Positions 38,561-47,707 of a stretch of 64,000 nt of DNA are shown in pieces. The translations under genes and the position numbers were made by a program. How positions within the stretch are numbered: the first letter of the stretch is position 1; each line of letters opens with the position of its first letter. Location: contig JAHPZH010000001.1 of the NCBI GenBank assembly GCA_019058315.1, forward strand, positions 71,938 through 135,937. Reading direction: 5' to 3'. This stretch comes from Candidatus Helarchaeota archaeon. GTDB taxonomy: Archaea > Asgardarchaeota > Lokiarchaeia > Helarchaeales > RDOG01. The notes beneath the pieces are model-generated. The model worked only from the letters and a program-made list of their open reading frames with translations. It made no database searches and had not been told where the DNA came from.

Positions 38561-40063
38561 TTGAAAAGTTATGACGTAATTATCATTCATCCACCAAGAG
38601 TAATGGAACCAGATTATGGTAAGCACACAAAATTTGTTCGAAGTACATATATTTTTATTCCAATGGGTGTTTTTGCAATTGCTGACTTTCTTGAGAGGGA
38701 AGGGTTTGGAGTTAAAATTATTAATTATCCTTTAGAGCAATATTTAAACCGGAAATGGTCTTTGGCTGAGTTTCTTAAAAAAATTAATTTTAAGGTATGT
38801 GGAATAGATTTACATTGGATCCACAACGCACATGGAGTCATTGAAACTGCAAAGATTGTGAAAGAGGTAAATCCTAATGCTAAAGTGGTTTTCGGAGGTT
38901 TTAGCGCTTCTTATTATCATGATCAATTATTGAAATACTATAAAAATATTGATGCAGTAATTAGAGGAGAAGGTGAAATTCCTCTTTTGAATTACGTTCG
39001 TAATACTAATAAAAATCATGATTTAGATTCTGTGGCTAATTTATCTTATCGAAATGCCTCTAATCACATCAAAATTAATCCTATTTCTTATGTAGCAAAA
39101 TCATTGAATGAATTCAATTTTACTAATGTAAATCTCTTAGAGAATGCAAAAAAATATTTCGAGTATAGTAGAAGAATTATGGGAATTTCTCTTAATCTAC
39201 CCATAGCTAGAGGATGTCCCTTCAATTGTCCTTGTTGTGCAGGAGGGCAAAGGGCTCAACAAAAATTATCGGGACGGGATAAGGTAATTTTCAGAAACCC
39301 AGAAAAAGTAATAGAAGATATCCACAATATCTTGGATAAATATAACATCCCTAGCGTTTTTTTTGGACATGGTACCTATCCCACAAATTTGAAATATTGG
39401 AAAAATCTTTTTAAATTGATTCGTAAGGAAAAGTTCGATATTAGCGGTGATTTGGAAATATGGAGGCTGCCATATCCCAAAGATATGTGGGAATTGTTTT
39501 ATAAGACCTTCACTCGTAGACATTCATCGATTAGTATTTCTCCTCGAACTATGTCTACAAATGTACATAATAAGGTTGCAAAAATCTGTGATCCTACTTT
39601 TCAATTTCCTAAAAATCAAATTCAAGATTTAATAAAAAATGCAAATTTATTCAGAATGACTCTAAGAATATGGTTAACAATAGGTTATCCATTTCAAACC
39701 CGTAGAGATGTTCTTAAAGATTATTTATTTACAATAAAATGTCTCATAAAATATGGAAGTTCCAATTTCAAACCAATTACTATTATGAGTGAACCATATT
39801 ATATTTTTCCTGGTTCACCTGCTCATGAGGATCCCAAAAGTTTTGGAATCAAATTAGATTATAATTCCTTTCCACAAATAGTTGATGCATTTAAAAGAAT
39901 AAAAGTAACATATACAAATAGAGTTTTAAACTATGAAACTAAGTATTTTTCGAAAACCACAAATCTTATAATAAATGATCTATTATTTTTAACTGCTGCA
40001 CCCATGTTTTTAACGAGAGGTGCGAAATATCCCAAAGAAAAAGATGTAACTATTTTTAAGTAA
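38561..40063 (+). CDS. B12-binding-domain radical SAM enzyme (class B)
   Basis: TTG start. The N-terminal Rossmann-like YDVIIIHPP...GVFAIADFLEREGFGVKIIN is typical of the class B cobalamin domain. The CxxxCxxC is ARGCPFNCPCC. Confidence 0.7.
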   Translation: MKSYDVIIIHPPRVMEPDYGKHTKFVRSTYIFIPMGVFAIADFLEREGFGVKIINYPLEQYLNRKWSLAEFLKKINFKVCGIDLHWIHNAHGVIETAKIVKEVNPNAKVVFGGFSASYYHDQLLKYYKNIDAVIRGEGEIPLLNYVRNTNKNHDLDSVANLSYRNASNHIKINPISYVAKSLNEFNFTNVNLLENAKKYFEYSRRIMGISLNLPIARGCPFNCPCCAGGQRAQQKLSGRDKVIFRNPEKVIEDIHNILDKYNIPSVFFGHGTYPTNLKYWKNLFKLIRKEKFDISGDLEIWRLPYPKDMWELFYKTFTRRHSSISISPRTMSTNVHNKVAKICDPTFQFPKNQIQDLIKNANLFRMTLRIWLTIGYPFQTRRDVLKDYLFTIKCLIKYGSSNFKPITIMSEPYYIFPGSPAHEDPKSFGIKLDYNSFPQIVDAFKRIKVTYTNRVLNYETKYFSKTTNLIINDLLFLTAAPMFLTRGAKYPKEKDVTIFK

Positions 40064-40202
40064 AATTTTTTCGTCAATTTTAATCTTTTTTGAATGATTA
40101 ACGATTTTATTGATAAGTTTTTTAATAATTTCAATTCATTTTAGAAATTTTTATATATTATTTGCTTGATTGTAATTAAAGTAAAAATTTTGGAGATAAC
40201 TC

Positions 40203-40778
40203 TTGAAAGACAATAGCTTTTCTAAATTATTTGTATTAAGCTTCATAATATTTATTTTTAGTTCTTTAATGCTCCCAATTATCAAATATTTTATTGATAT
40301 CATCGCTGAAATGTTATTTGTATTCCAATATAAATTCTTTTATCAATTTCATATCAACTTTAATTTATTATTATTCGAAGAAATTCTTCCCTATTTGATT
40401 TTAGCTTGGTTAATTAGTGAAATGTTCATTTGTCCTTGTATAATTAAAGCAAGACTCTCCAAGAGATTCAAAAATTTTATTTTAAGTTATATAATGAAGA
40501 AAAAATTTGACCATTTCGAATTTAATTCAATAAAATATGAAAATAAAAGGAAGCAATCCAAAGAGAAGAAAACTAGTGATGAAATATATGTTCATTTTAC
40601 TCCTAAATTAGGAAAAAATGAATCCCATTTTAATCAAGAGAGAATAAAATATAATAATAATCCTCCTGATTATAATATTTCAAATTTTTTAAGAAAATTT
40701 TCAAATATCTTTAATATTTTTTTATTATTTTTTTCAAATTTTTTTTCAAACCTATGTTCACTATGGAGGGGGAAATAA
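40203..40778 (+). CDS. hypothetical membrane protein (low complexity; coding status uncertain)
   Basis: 191-aa TTG-initiated ORF, Phe/Ile/Asn-rich, with 2-3 hydrophobic segments. It could be an AT-rich artefact. Confidence 0.3.
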   Translation: MKDNSFSKLFVLSFIIFIFSSLMLPIIKYFIDIIAEMLFVFQYKFFYQFHINFNLLLFEEILPYLILAWLISEMFICPCIIKARLSKRFKNFILSYIMKKKFDHFEFNSIKYENKRKQSKEKKTSDEIYVHFTPKLGKNESHFNQERIKYNNNPPDYNISNFLRKFSNIFNIFLLFFSNFFSNLCSLWRGK

Positions 40779-40901
40779 TCGTTTGAACTCATTTTTTAAC
40801 TATACTTTAAATGGAAATAATTTCTATTTTTTGGTTTCTTTACTATTAAACTTTCAAATATCTATTTATTTTAAAAAATTAACAAAAGAAGGTGAGAAAA
40901 A

Positions 40902-42305
40902 TTGGATTGGAAACCCGAAATAAATGAATTATATGAAAAAGTAACAAGTCAAGTACCAGAAGCATTTCGAGATGCTGTAAAACCAATGCTTAGGCAAGCT
41001 GCAGAGAAAGCTGCGATACTCCGTAATTCTGCCTATGTAAGCGAAGATGATTTACTGTCATCTCTATTTGATATTACACCAGAGGCATTTAAACCAACGG
41101 TTGTATCAGATTTGGAAAATTTAGGAATTGCTACAGGAAAATATATTGAACTATCAGAGATAAGAAAAGACTATTCACGCACTTGGGATGAGATTAGTGG
41201 AGCATTTCTACCAGGGGTGTATCATTTTACTATGTTTTTAACTGATAGATGTAATCAGAAATGTATGCATTGTGCTGCTGAAAATCCTATACATCGTCCC
41301 GAACTCTCAACTGAACAATGGATTCAAATTATAGAAAATGTTGAACAGACCCTTAGAAAACGTGGTAGAAGGGGTTGCTATATATGGTTTGGTGGTGATC
41401 CAACTTTACGTAAAGATTTGAAAGATCTTATAAAATACTGTGGGGAAAAAGGTTATTACCAAGCAGTTTCAACTAATGGAATGCTATTTACAGAAGAACT
41501 TGCAAAACTTTGTGCAGAAGTTAAAATGTCACATGTTTTTATTAGCTTTGATAGTGTTTATCCTGAAAGAGCTGCAAAGATAAGAGGAGTTCCAAAAGCT
41601 TACGAGGCAGCAGAAAAAGCTATTAAATTAGCACTGAAATATGGCCATTTTGTAATTTGTACAGCAACAGTACAAAAAACCAATTTTGACGAACTTGATG
41701 AAATAAAACAACTCATGGAGAGTTGGGGTGTAATCCCTTATTTCAGAGCCGTTATAAAACAGAGAAGTGCTGCAGTAAACTGGGATGAGATTGGACTAAG
41801 TCATGAGGAATATAAAAAGTTCTATGAATTTAAATATAAACATGTTGTTGAGGCTATTAGAAAAGGTGAGGGTTCATCTCTCAATAAATTCTATACTTAT
41901 GATATGGTTCCTTTTATGGAATGTCCAATAAATATAAAAGAACTTACTGCACTTGAATGGGGAGTTGGTTGTCAAGCATGTCGGTCAGTTTCGGGTATAG
42001 ATATAAATGGAGATTTTTTTCCATGTGATTATCCTTCAGAATTAACTCTTGGAAACGTATTAAAACAACCCTTCGATGAAATAATGGAATCTCAGCTTTT
42101 TAAGGATATAAGAGATAGAAAAAGAATCGGCAAATGCGCATCATGTCACCATCTCGAATTGTGTGGAGGAGGTTGTCGAGTACATGCAGAATGTGAGACT
42201 GGAGATTTTTTTGAATCATTTCCGTATTGTTGGCATGAAATGGATCATAAACATGAAGAAATTGCTGAAGTTCCTAAAGAAAAAGAGATACCCGCAAGTA
42301 AATAA
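40902..42305 (+). CDS. radical SAM/SPASM enzyme with an N-terminal PCP_red-like module (paralog 1; NirJ/AhbC/AhbD-like core)
   Basis: TTG start preceded by GGTGAG. CxxxCxxC is DRCNQKCMHC. The C-terminal auxiliary-cluster Cys pattern is GVGCQAC...FPCDY...GKCASCHHLELCGGGCRVHAEC. The N-terminal 80 aa is shared with three neighbouring proteins. Confidence 0.8.
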   Translation: MDWKPEINELYEKVTSQVPEAFRDAVKPMLRQAAEKAAILRNSAYVSEDDLLSSLFDITPEAFKPTVVSDLENLGIATGKYIELSEIRKDYSRTWDEISGAFLPGVYHFTMFLTDRCNQKCMHCAAENPIHRPELSTEQWIQIIENVEQTLRKRGRRGCYIWFGGDPTLRKDLKDLIKYCGEKGYYQAVSTNGMLFTEELAKLCAEVKMSHVFISFDSVYPERAAKIRGVPKAYEAAEKAIKLALKYGHFVICTATVQKTNFDELDEIKQLMESWGVIPYFRAVIKQRSAAVNWDEIGLSHEEYKKFYEFKYKHVVEAIRKGEGSSLNKFYTYDMVPFMECPINIKELTALEWGVGCQACRSVSGIDINGDFFPCDYPSELTLGNVLKQPFDEIMESQLFKDIRDRKRIGKCASCHHLELCGGGCRVHAECETGDFFESFPYCWHEMDHKHEEIAEVPKEKEIPASK

Positions 42306-42329
42306 TTTAAATGAATATGGTGTAAATTC

Positions 42330-43742
42330 ATGGAATGGGAAGAAGAAACCAAAGATTTATACAAAAAAATAACTGAAAATATTCCTGAAGGCTTTCGGAA
42401 CTCAGTAAAACCCTTAATTTACGAAGCAGCAGAGAAAAGATGCGTAGAACGTAATGGATCCTATGTTAACGAAGCAGATTTAATAACTGCAATTTTTGAT
42501 ATAACTCCAGAAGCATTTAAAGCTATGATGACTGATGATCTAAAATCCTTGGGGATTAACGTTGAAAGATACATTGAACTTAAAGATATTAGAGATCGAT
42601 ATAGACTTTCATGGCAAAAGCTAGAAGATGCTTTTCATCCGGGAAATGTACACTTTGCAATGTATATTACAGAAAAGTGTAATCAAAAATGTTTGCATTG
42701 TGCCGCAGATGAAAAAGTTGAACGCCCTGAGTTAACAACAGAACAATGGTGTGAAATAATAGAGAATATTGAGACAGGATTGAGAAAAAATGGTCGACGT
42801 GCTTGTTTTATATGGTTTGGAGGAGAGCCCACATTGCGGGAAGACATCCATGATATCATGAAGTTCTGTGGTGATAAAGGTTACTATCATGCAATAATAA
42901 CCAATGGTGTGAGGTTTGCAGAAGAATTTGCTAAATCTTGCTCTGATAATGGAATGAGCCACGTTTTTGTGAGTTTCGACAGTGCAGATCCTATAAAAAA
43001 CGATAAAATACGCGGAATGCCCGGTGGAAAAACCTTAGAATCGGCAAAGAAAGCAATCGATAATTGCTTGAAGTATGGTTTATTCGTTTGCTCATCAATA
43101 ACCGTAATGAAACATAATATTGATGAACTTGAAGATCTAAAAGCAATATCCGAGAGTTGGGGTTCACAACCATATTTTAGAGCAGTGGTTAAACAAAATA
43201 GAGCTGCTGATTATTGGGATGAAATTGGTTTAAGTCAAGAGGACTATAAAAAATTATATGAATTTAAGTATAAACATGCCATAGAAGCTATAAGGGATGG
43301 AAAGGCAGGAACTCTACCAGCATACGAAATATATGAAATGACACCCTTTATGGAATGTCCTAAGGACGACAAGGAAATGACTGGAATTGAGTGGGGTGTT
43401 GGATGTCTCGCTTGCAGAACTATGATGGGCATTGGGGTTGATGGAACTATATATCCTTGTGGTTATCCTACTAAACTGACACTAGGTAATGCATTGAAAG
43501 ATAAATTTGAAGATGTTCTTAATACACAAATTTATAAAGATATTCGAGATAGGAAGCGCACTGGTAAATGTGGAGAATGTCACCACCTTAAATATTGCGG
43601 TGGAGGATGTAGAGTGCATACAGAATGCGAAACTGGGGACTTCTTCGCTTCTTTCCCTTACTGCTGGCATGAAATGGATCATGAACATGAAAAACTAGAA
43701 GGTTTTGTTAAGGAAAAAGAATTAGAAATTATAAAGAAATAA
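42330..43742 (+). CDS. radical SAM/SPASM enzyme with an N-terminal PCP_red-like module (paralog 2)
   Basis: EKCNQKCLHC, GVGCLAC...YPCGY...GKCGECHHLKYCGGGCRVHTEC. Roughly 55-65% identical by eye to 40902-42305 over its full length. Confidence 0.8.
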   Translation: MEWEEETKDLYKKITENIPEGFRNSVKPLIYEAAEKRCVERNGSYVNEADLITAIFDITPEAFKAMMTDDLKSLGINVERYIELKDIRDRYRLSWQKLEDAFHPGNVHFAMYITEKCNQKCLHCAADEKVERPELTTEQWCEIIENIETGLRKNGRRACFIWFGGEPTLREDIHDIMKFCGDKGYYHAIITNGVRFAEEFAKSCSDNGMSHVFVSFDSADPIKNDKIRGMPGGKTLESAKKAIDNCLKYGLFVCSSITVMKHNIDELEDLKAISESWGSQPYFRAVVKQNRAADYWDEIGLSQEDYKKLYEFKYKHAIEAIRDGKAGTLPAYEIYEMTPFMECPKDDKEMTGIEWGVGCLACRTMMGIGVDGTIYPCGYPTKLTLGNALKDKFEDVLNTQIYKDIRDRKRTGKCGECHHLKYCGGGCRVHTECETGDFFASFPYCWHEMDHEHEKLEGFVKEKELEIIKK

Positions 43743-43752
43743 AAATCAAAAA

Positions 43753-44166
43753 ATGGAGTTGATGAAAATTATAAACACGAAAGAAGAATGGGAATCTTAT
43801 TTAGATAAATTCATAGAGGGTTATAATATTTTACCTGAGTTACCTGCAATAATTCAATCCATAGCCCCATTGGTTTTTAATTATGTAATAACTGATCGCC
43901 CAGAAATGAGCTATTGGTTTTTAATAGAAAAAGACAAAATAAGTTGGGGATTGGGGCAATATTCTGGAACTAATCATCCAACTATCATCCATAAGACTGA
44001 TTTTGAGACCATGAAAAAGGTTAATTCAGGTGAGACTGATCCTATTCAAGCAACAATGTTGGGGACTTATAATGTCGATGGTGATGTTTCTAAACTCATG
44101 GCATGTGCATCCTTACTTCCGCTTGGAGTAAAAGCACATGCTTATGCTCTAGAAAAAATAAAATAA
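43753..44166 (+). CDS. SCP2 (sterol/lipid carrier) domain protein, UbiT-like architecture
   Basis: 137 aa. The C-terminal pattern DPIQATMLGTYNVDGDVSKLMACASLLPL resembles the SCP2 signature (A---G-l-i-GD---l--l--l). Confidence 0.55.
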   Translation: MELMKIINTKEEWESYLDKFIEGYNILPELPAIIQSIAPLVFNYVITDRPEMSYWFLIEKDKISWGLGQYSGTNHPTIIHKTDFETMKKVNSGETDPIQATMLGTYNVDGDVSKLMACASLLPLGVKAHAYALEKIK

Positions 44167-44178
44167 TGGAGTAATAAA

Positions 44179-45387
44179 ATGAATTTTAAATATAATACAG
44201 ATATAGAAAAGATGCATTATGATATTATAAAGGCTGCTAAACTCGCTGATGCTCCATACAATGAAGATATAATTCAAAGAATTCTTAAAGCTTATAAGGA
44301 TTTTTTTAGAGGTTCGGTTGTTACCTTTGTAACTTCAACTAAGCCAAAGAACAAACGCACTCTGTCAATCCGTTATGTGGAAATAGATGTTAAACATGAT
44401 CCTTATGAAATTGCGATATCTAATAATCTACTTAAACAAGAAAAACATTTAATCCACCATTTATTAACCGAAATTAAAAGTAATTATCCCATTATGGGGT
44501 ATGGAGTGGATGCTGACGTAAATTATGGTGTAACGAAAATTTGGAGTTTCTTTCAAATTCCACAACCCTTAGAAAAAGCATTTAAAACACCTGCAGTTCC
44601 TGAAAGTATCCAGAAATTTACAGATTATTTTAAAAAATATGACCTTGATGTTTTTCATCTATTTGCTTTAGATTTCCGTAATAAAACTGCTAATGTATAT
44701 TTTATGGTGAAGGATCCAAAAGCAAACCCAGCTGATAAGGTTGCGAACATGATTTCAGACTTAGGTTTAAAAGTTCCATCACAAGAGATACTTGAACATT
44801 GCTCCAAAGCATTAACAATTTATCTTACATTTGCGTGGGAATCCTCCATGGTTGATAGAATATGTTTCGGAACTGCCGTTGATGATCCTAGCTTGATCCC
44901 AACACATTTAGACCCATTATTAAAAAAGTATTCACAAAATGCACCATTTCAATCAAAAAATCGCCTATTTATTTACAGTATAACACCATCACGTTCAGGT
45001 GACTATATCAAAATCGAAAATGATTATATGGGGGAGATGATTAATTTAATGAAATCTGGAATTCAAGCTGAAGTTTGGATGGATGACTTAAAAAAACAAA
45101 GAGAAAATGTTCAGCCAAAAACTGTTGAACTAAGTGGGGTTAAGTGGGTAGATGGAGTTTCAATATTATTTGAAAAAATTACAGATGATATTCCCGAGAC
45201 GTTCCGTTCATTTGTAAAACCTATGCTGCTTGAAACTGCCGAAAAAAAAAGTCAAATTAGAAATGGAAATGGAATTACTGAATCGGATCTTATAACTGCA
45301 CTATTAGAAATAACACCAGAACCATTCAAACCTGACGCAATTAATAATTTGAAAAAATTAGGAGTAGATATGCAAAAATATATTTAA
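44179..45387 (+). CDS. ABBA-fold aromatic prenyltransferase (NphB/CloQ family) fused to a C-terminal PCP_red-like module
   Basis: By-eye alignment to remembered NphB blocks: GSVVTFVTSTKP-KNKRTLSIRY vs GGSVVVFSMASGRHSTELDFSI; YGVDADVNYGVTKIWSFF vs FAIDGEVTGGFKKTYAFF; LFALDFRNKTANVYF vs MTSMDYKKRQVNLYF; VDRICFGTAVDDPSLIP vs IDRLCFAVISNDPTLVP. No TM segments. The last 80 aa form the shared module. Confidence 0.65.
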   Translation: MNFKYNTDIEKMHYDIIKAAKLADAPYNEDIIQRILKAYKDFFRGSVVTFVTSTKPKNKRTLSIRYVEIDVKHDPYEIAISNNLLKQEKHLIHHLLTEIKSNYPIMGYGVDADVNYGVTKIWSFFQIPQPLEKAFKTPAVPESIQKFTDYFKKYDLDVFHLFALDFRNKTANVYFMVKDPKANPADKVANMISDLGLKVPSQEILEHCSKALTIYLTFAWESSMVDRICFGTAVDDPSLIPTHLDPLLKKYSQNAPFQSKNRLFIYSITPSRSGDYIKIENDYMGEMINLMKSGIQAEVWMDDLKKQRENVQPKTVELSGVKWVDGVSILFEKITDDIPETFRSFVKPMLLETAEKKSQIRNGNGITESDLITALLEITPEPFKPDAINNLKKLGVDMQKYI

Positions 45388-45426
45388 TTCTTAATTTTTT
45401 GATCACAAAATAAAAATTAAAAGGAA

Positions 45427-46836
45427 GTGATTGCAATTCAATTTACTGTAGCAACAAATTGGGATTTTAAACTAATAGATGAATTAGCTAAATACCCTGT
45501 GAAAGATATTTATGGAGTTGCAAAATTTTCGATAGTTGGTCATGGTAGACCCTCATTTTTATTAAATGAAGTTTCAGAAGAAGAAATTGCGGAGTATATT
45601 CGAAAAATTCATGAGAAAAAAATGAAATTTTCTTATTTATTAAATGCACCTTGTATGAATAACATGGAATATGATGCTGAATATCATAAAAAGCTGTTAA
45701 ATTACATTCAATGGATTTGTGATATTGGATCAGATAATGTAATAGTTACAACACCTTTTTTAATCAGTCTTATTAAAGAACAATTTCCAAAATTGAAAAT
45801 TCGGGTTTCAACTATAGCCCACGTTAATAGTGTGAATCGAGCAAAATTCTATGAAGCATTGGGTGCAGAAGAAATCACTCCTGATGTAATGATTAATCGC
45901 GATTTTAAGACTTTGATAAAAATTAAAAAAGCAGTGAAATGTGACATTGTTCTGCTTTTAACTGATGGTTGTTTATATCAATGTCCCTTTAGATATTATC
46001 ATTATAATATCCTTGGGCATTCTTCCCAATCTTCCCACATACTTGGAGGTAATTATGTAGATTTTTGCATATTAAATTGTAGTGCTATTAAATTCTCTAA
46101 TCCTACCGAAGTAATTAAAGCAAGATGGGTTCGCCCTGAAGATTTATCCCATTATGAAGCTATCGGGATTGATAAATTTAAAATTGCTGGACGCCGTATG
46201 CCTACTAAATGGATTCTTCGAGCAGTGAAAGCATTTTCTTCTCGAAAATATAATGGGAATCTTATAGATATAATCCAAGGTTTTTCTATGTCCGTTGGGG
46301 TTGAGAAAGATCCAAATGCTAAATTTATCGACACGATTGATAAAGAGCCTAAAGCAAAACTTATAATTGATAATACTAAATTGGATGGTTTTATTGATTT
46401 TTTTAAAAAACAAGATTGTATATCAATGTGTGATGACTGCAAATATTGTGAAAATTGGGCAAAAAAAGCTGTAATTCTTGATAAAGAGCAAGCTCCTAGG
46501 TATGTCGAATCATTAGAAGGTTATATTAAAGATATCACTACGAGCCGAGAATTTGGTATTGAATCGGTTAAACCAGAAAAGAAGAAGAAAAAAGGCTTAG
46601 AATGGAATCCTGAAACTGAAAAAATTTTTGAGGATTTAATTCAACTATCTCCCCAACAATTCCAATCAATGGCAAAGATGGTTATTTCTTCAATGTCAGA
46701 AGAAAATGCAAAAAAAAGAGATTCTAAGGTAGTAGAAAACCAAGATATTGTAAAAGCATTTATTGCTGGAACTCCTGAACCTTTTCAAGCAGATATGAGA
46801 GAAGGACTTAAAAAATATGGTCTATTAAACGAATGA
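45427..46836 (+). CDS. peptidase-U32-family protein (UbiU/UbiV/RlhA superfamily) fused to a C-terminal PCP_red-like module
   Basis: GTG start. The N-terminal FTVATNWDFKLIDEL...YGV...GHGRP and FSYLLNAPCMNN...NRDF...LLLTDGCLYQCPF pattern matches a U32 subfamily, with Cys ligand candidates. The last 77 aa form the shared module. Confidence 0.65.
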   Translation: MIAIQFTVATNWDFKLIDELAKYPVKDIYGVAKFSIVGHGRPSFLLNEVSEEEIAEYIRKIHEKKMKFSYLLNAPCMNNMEYDAEYHKKLLNYIQWICDIGSDNVIVTTPFLISLIKEQFPKLKIRVSTIAHVNSVNRAKFYEALGAEEITPDVMINRDFKTLIKIKKAVKCDIVLLLTDGCLYQCPFRYYHYNILGHSSQSSHILGGNYVDFCILNCSAIKFSNPTEVIKARWVRPEDLSHYEAIGIDKFKIAGRRMPTKWILRAVKAFSSRKYNGNLIDIIQGFSMSVGVEKDPNAKFIDTIDKEPKAKLIIDNTKLDGFIDFFKKQDCISMCDDCKYCENWAKKAVILDKEQAPRYVESLEGYIKDITTSREFGIESVKPEKKKKKGLEWNPETEKIFEDLIQLSPQQFQSMAKMVISSMSEENAKKRDSKVVENQDIVKAFIAGTPEPFQADMREGLKKYGLLNE

Positions 46837-46877
46837 TAGAAAGGTAATTTTTAATTTTTTTTTATAGTGACGTATAA

Positions 46878-47501
46878 TTGAAAACTGTTATAATAACCTC
46901 ACCACACCCCGATGATGCTGTATTAGGTTGTGGTGGAACAATCATCAAATCCATCCAAGAAAATACACAAGTTTATGTCATTTATCTAACAGATGGAAGG
47001 GCTTGTTATACTTATCTTAAAATTAAATCCAATTTAACTCCATCAGATGTTGCAGCAGGAAGAAAGAAAGAAGCAATAGAAAGTTGTAGAATTTTAGGAG
47101 TTCCAGAATCAAATCTAAAATTTCTTGAAATTTGGGATAGAGAACTTGGGAAACCAAAAAATTTTAAAAAAGCACTAGCTGCTGTAAAAGAATTAGTGAG
47201 AAAAACTAATCCTTATAGAATCTTTGGTCCAGTTTTTAAAAATAGACATATTGATCATCAAGCAACCCATGATATTATATTAGAAGTTCTTAAAGATTGT
47301 CCTGATATTGAATTTTATATGTACGGTCTTCAGAAATCTATTGGAAAATCAGATTTAAAAATTGATATAACTAGTGTTAGAGAACAAAGAGCAAAAGCTA
47401 TGTTTATTCACGAAATTGAGCTTGTTTATGAAAGAGATATTTATAAAATTTTAGCAAAACAAACAAAGGAAAGATTTAGATTATATAGAAGAAGTAATTA
47501 A
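46878..47501 (+). CDS. PIG-L/LmbE family N-acetylglucosaminyl deacetylase
   Basis: TTG start. SPHPDDAVLGCGGT zinc-binding motif plus a downstream HIDHQATH. Confidence 0.75.
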   Translation: MKTVIITSPHPDDAVLGCGGTIIKSIQENTQVYVIYLTDGRACYTYLKIKSNLTPSDVAAGRKKEAIESCRILGVPESNLKFLEIWDRELGKPKNFKKALAAVKELVRKTNPYRIFGPVFKNRHIDHQATHDIILEVLKDCPDIEFYMYGLQKSIGKSDLKIDITSVREQRAKAMFIHEIELVYERDIYKILAKQTKERFRLYRRSN

Positions 47502-47707
47502 CAATTTTTTATAAAAATATTTTAAAAATTTAATATAACTATCCATTTTTTATTATTTCTTATCTTATGTTTATTTTTTTTTAATGATGGATAAAAAATT
47601 AAATTAAAAAAAATCTAAATTATTAAAAAGATAATAAATTTCAAATAATTAATATAGATTCCTTATCAATAAATCAAGTAATAGAATGAATTATTTGAGG
47701 ATTTAAA

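Noticed and set aside
40203-40778. An ORF upstream of the biosynthetic operon, considered as a dedicated membrane component or transporter of the pathway.
   Set aside because: The sequence is Phe/Ile/Asn/Lys-rich low complexity, typical of spurious ORFs in AT-rich DNA. It is listed only as a low-confidence CDS with no functional claim.
42163-42372. A 69-codon ORF bridging the two rSAM-SPASM genes, considered as a possible RiPP precursor peptide.
   Set aside because: It overlaps the 3' end of one enzyme gene and the 5' end of the next in a different frame. It has no leader/core-like or Cys/Gly-rich features.
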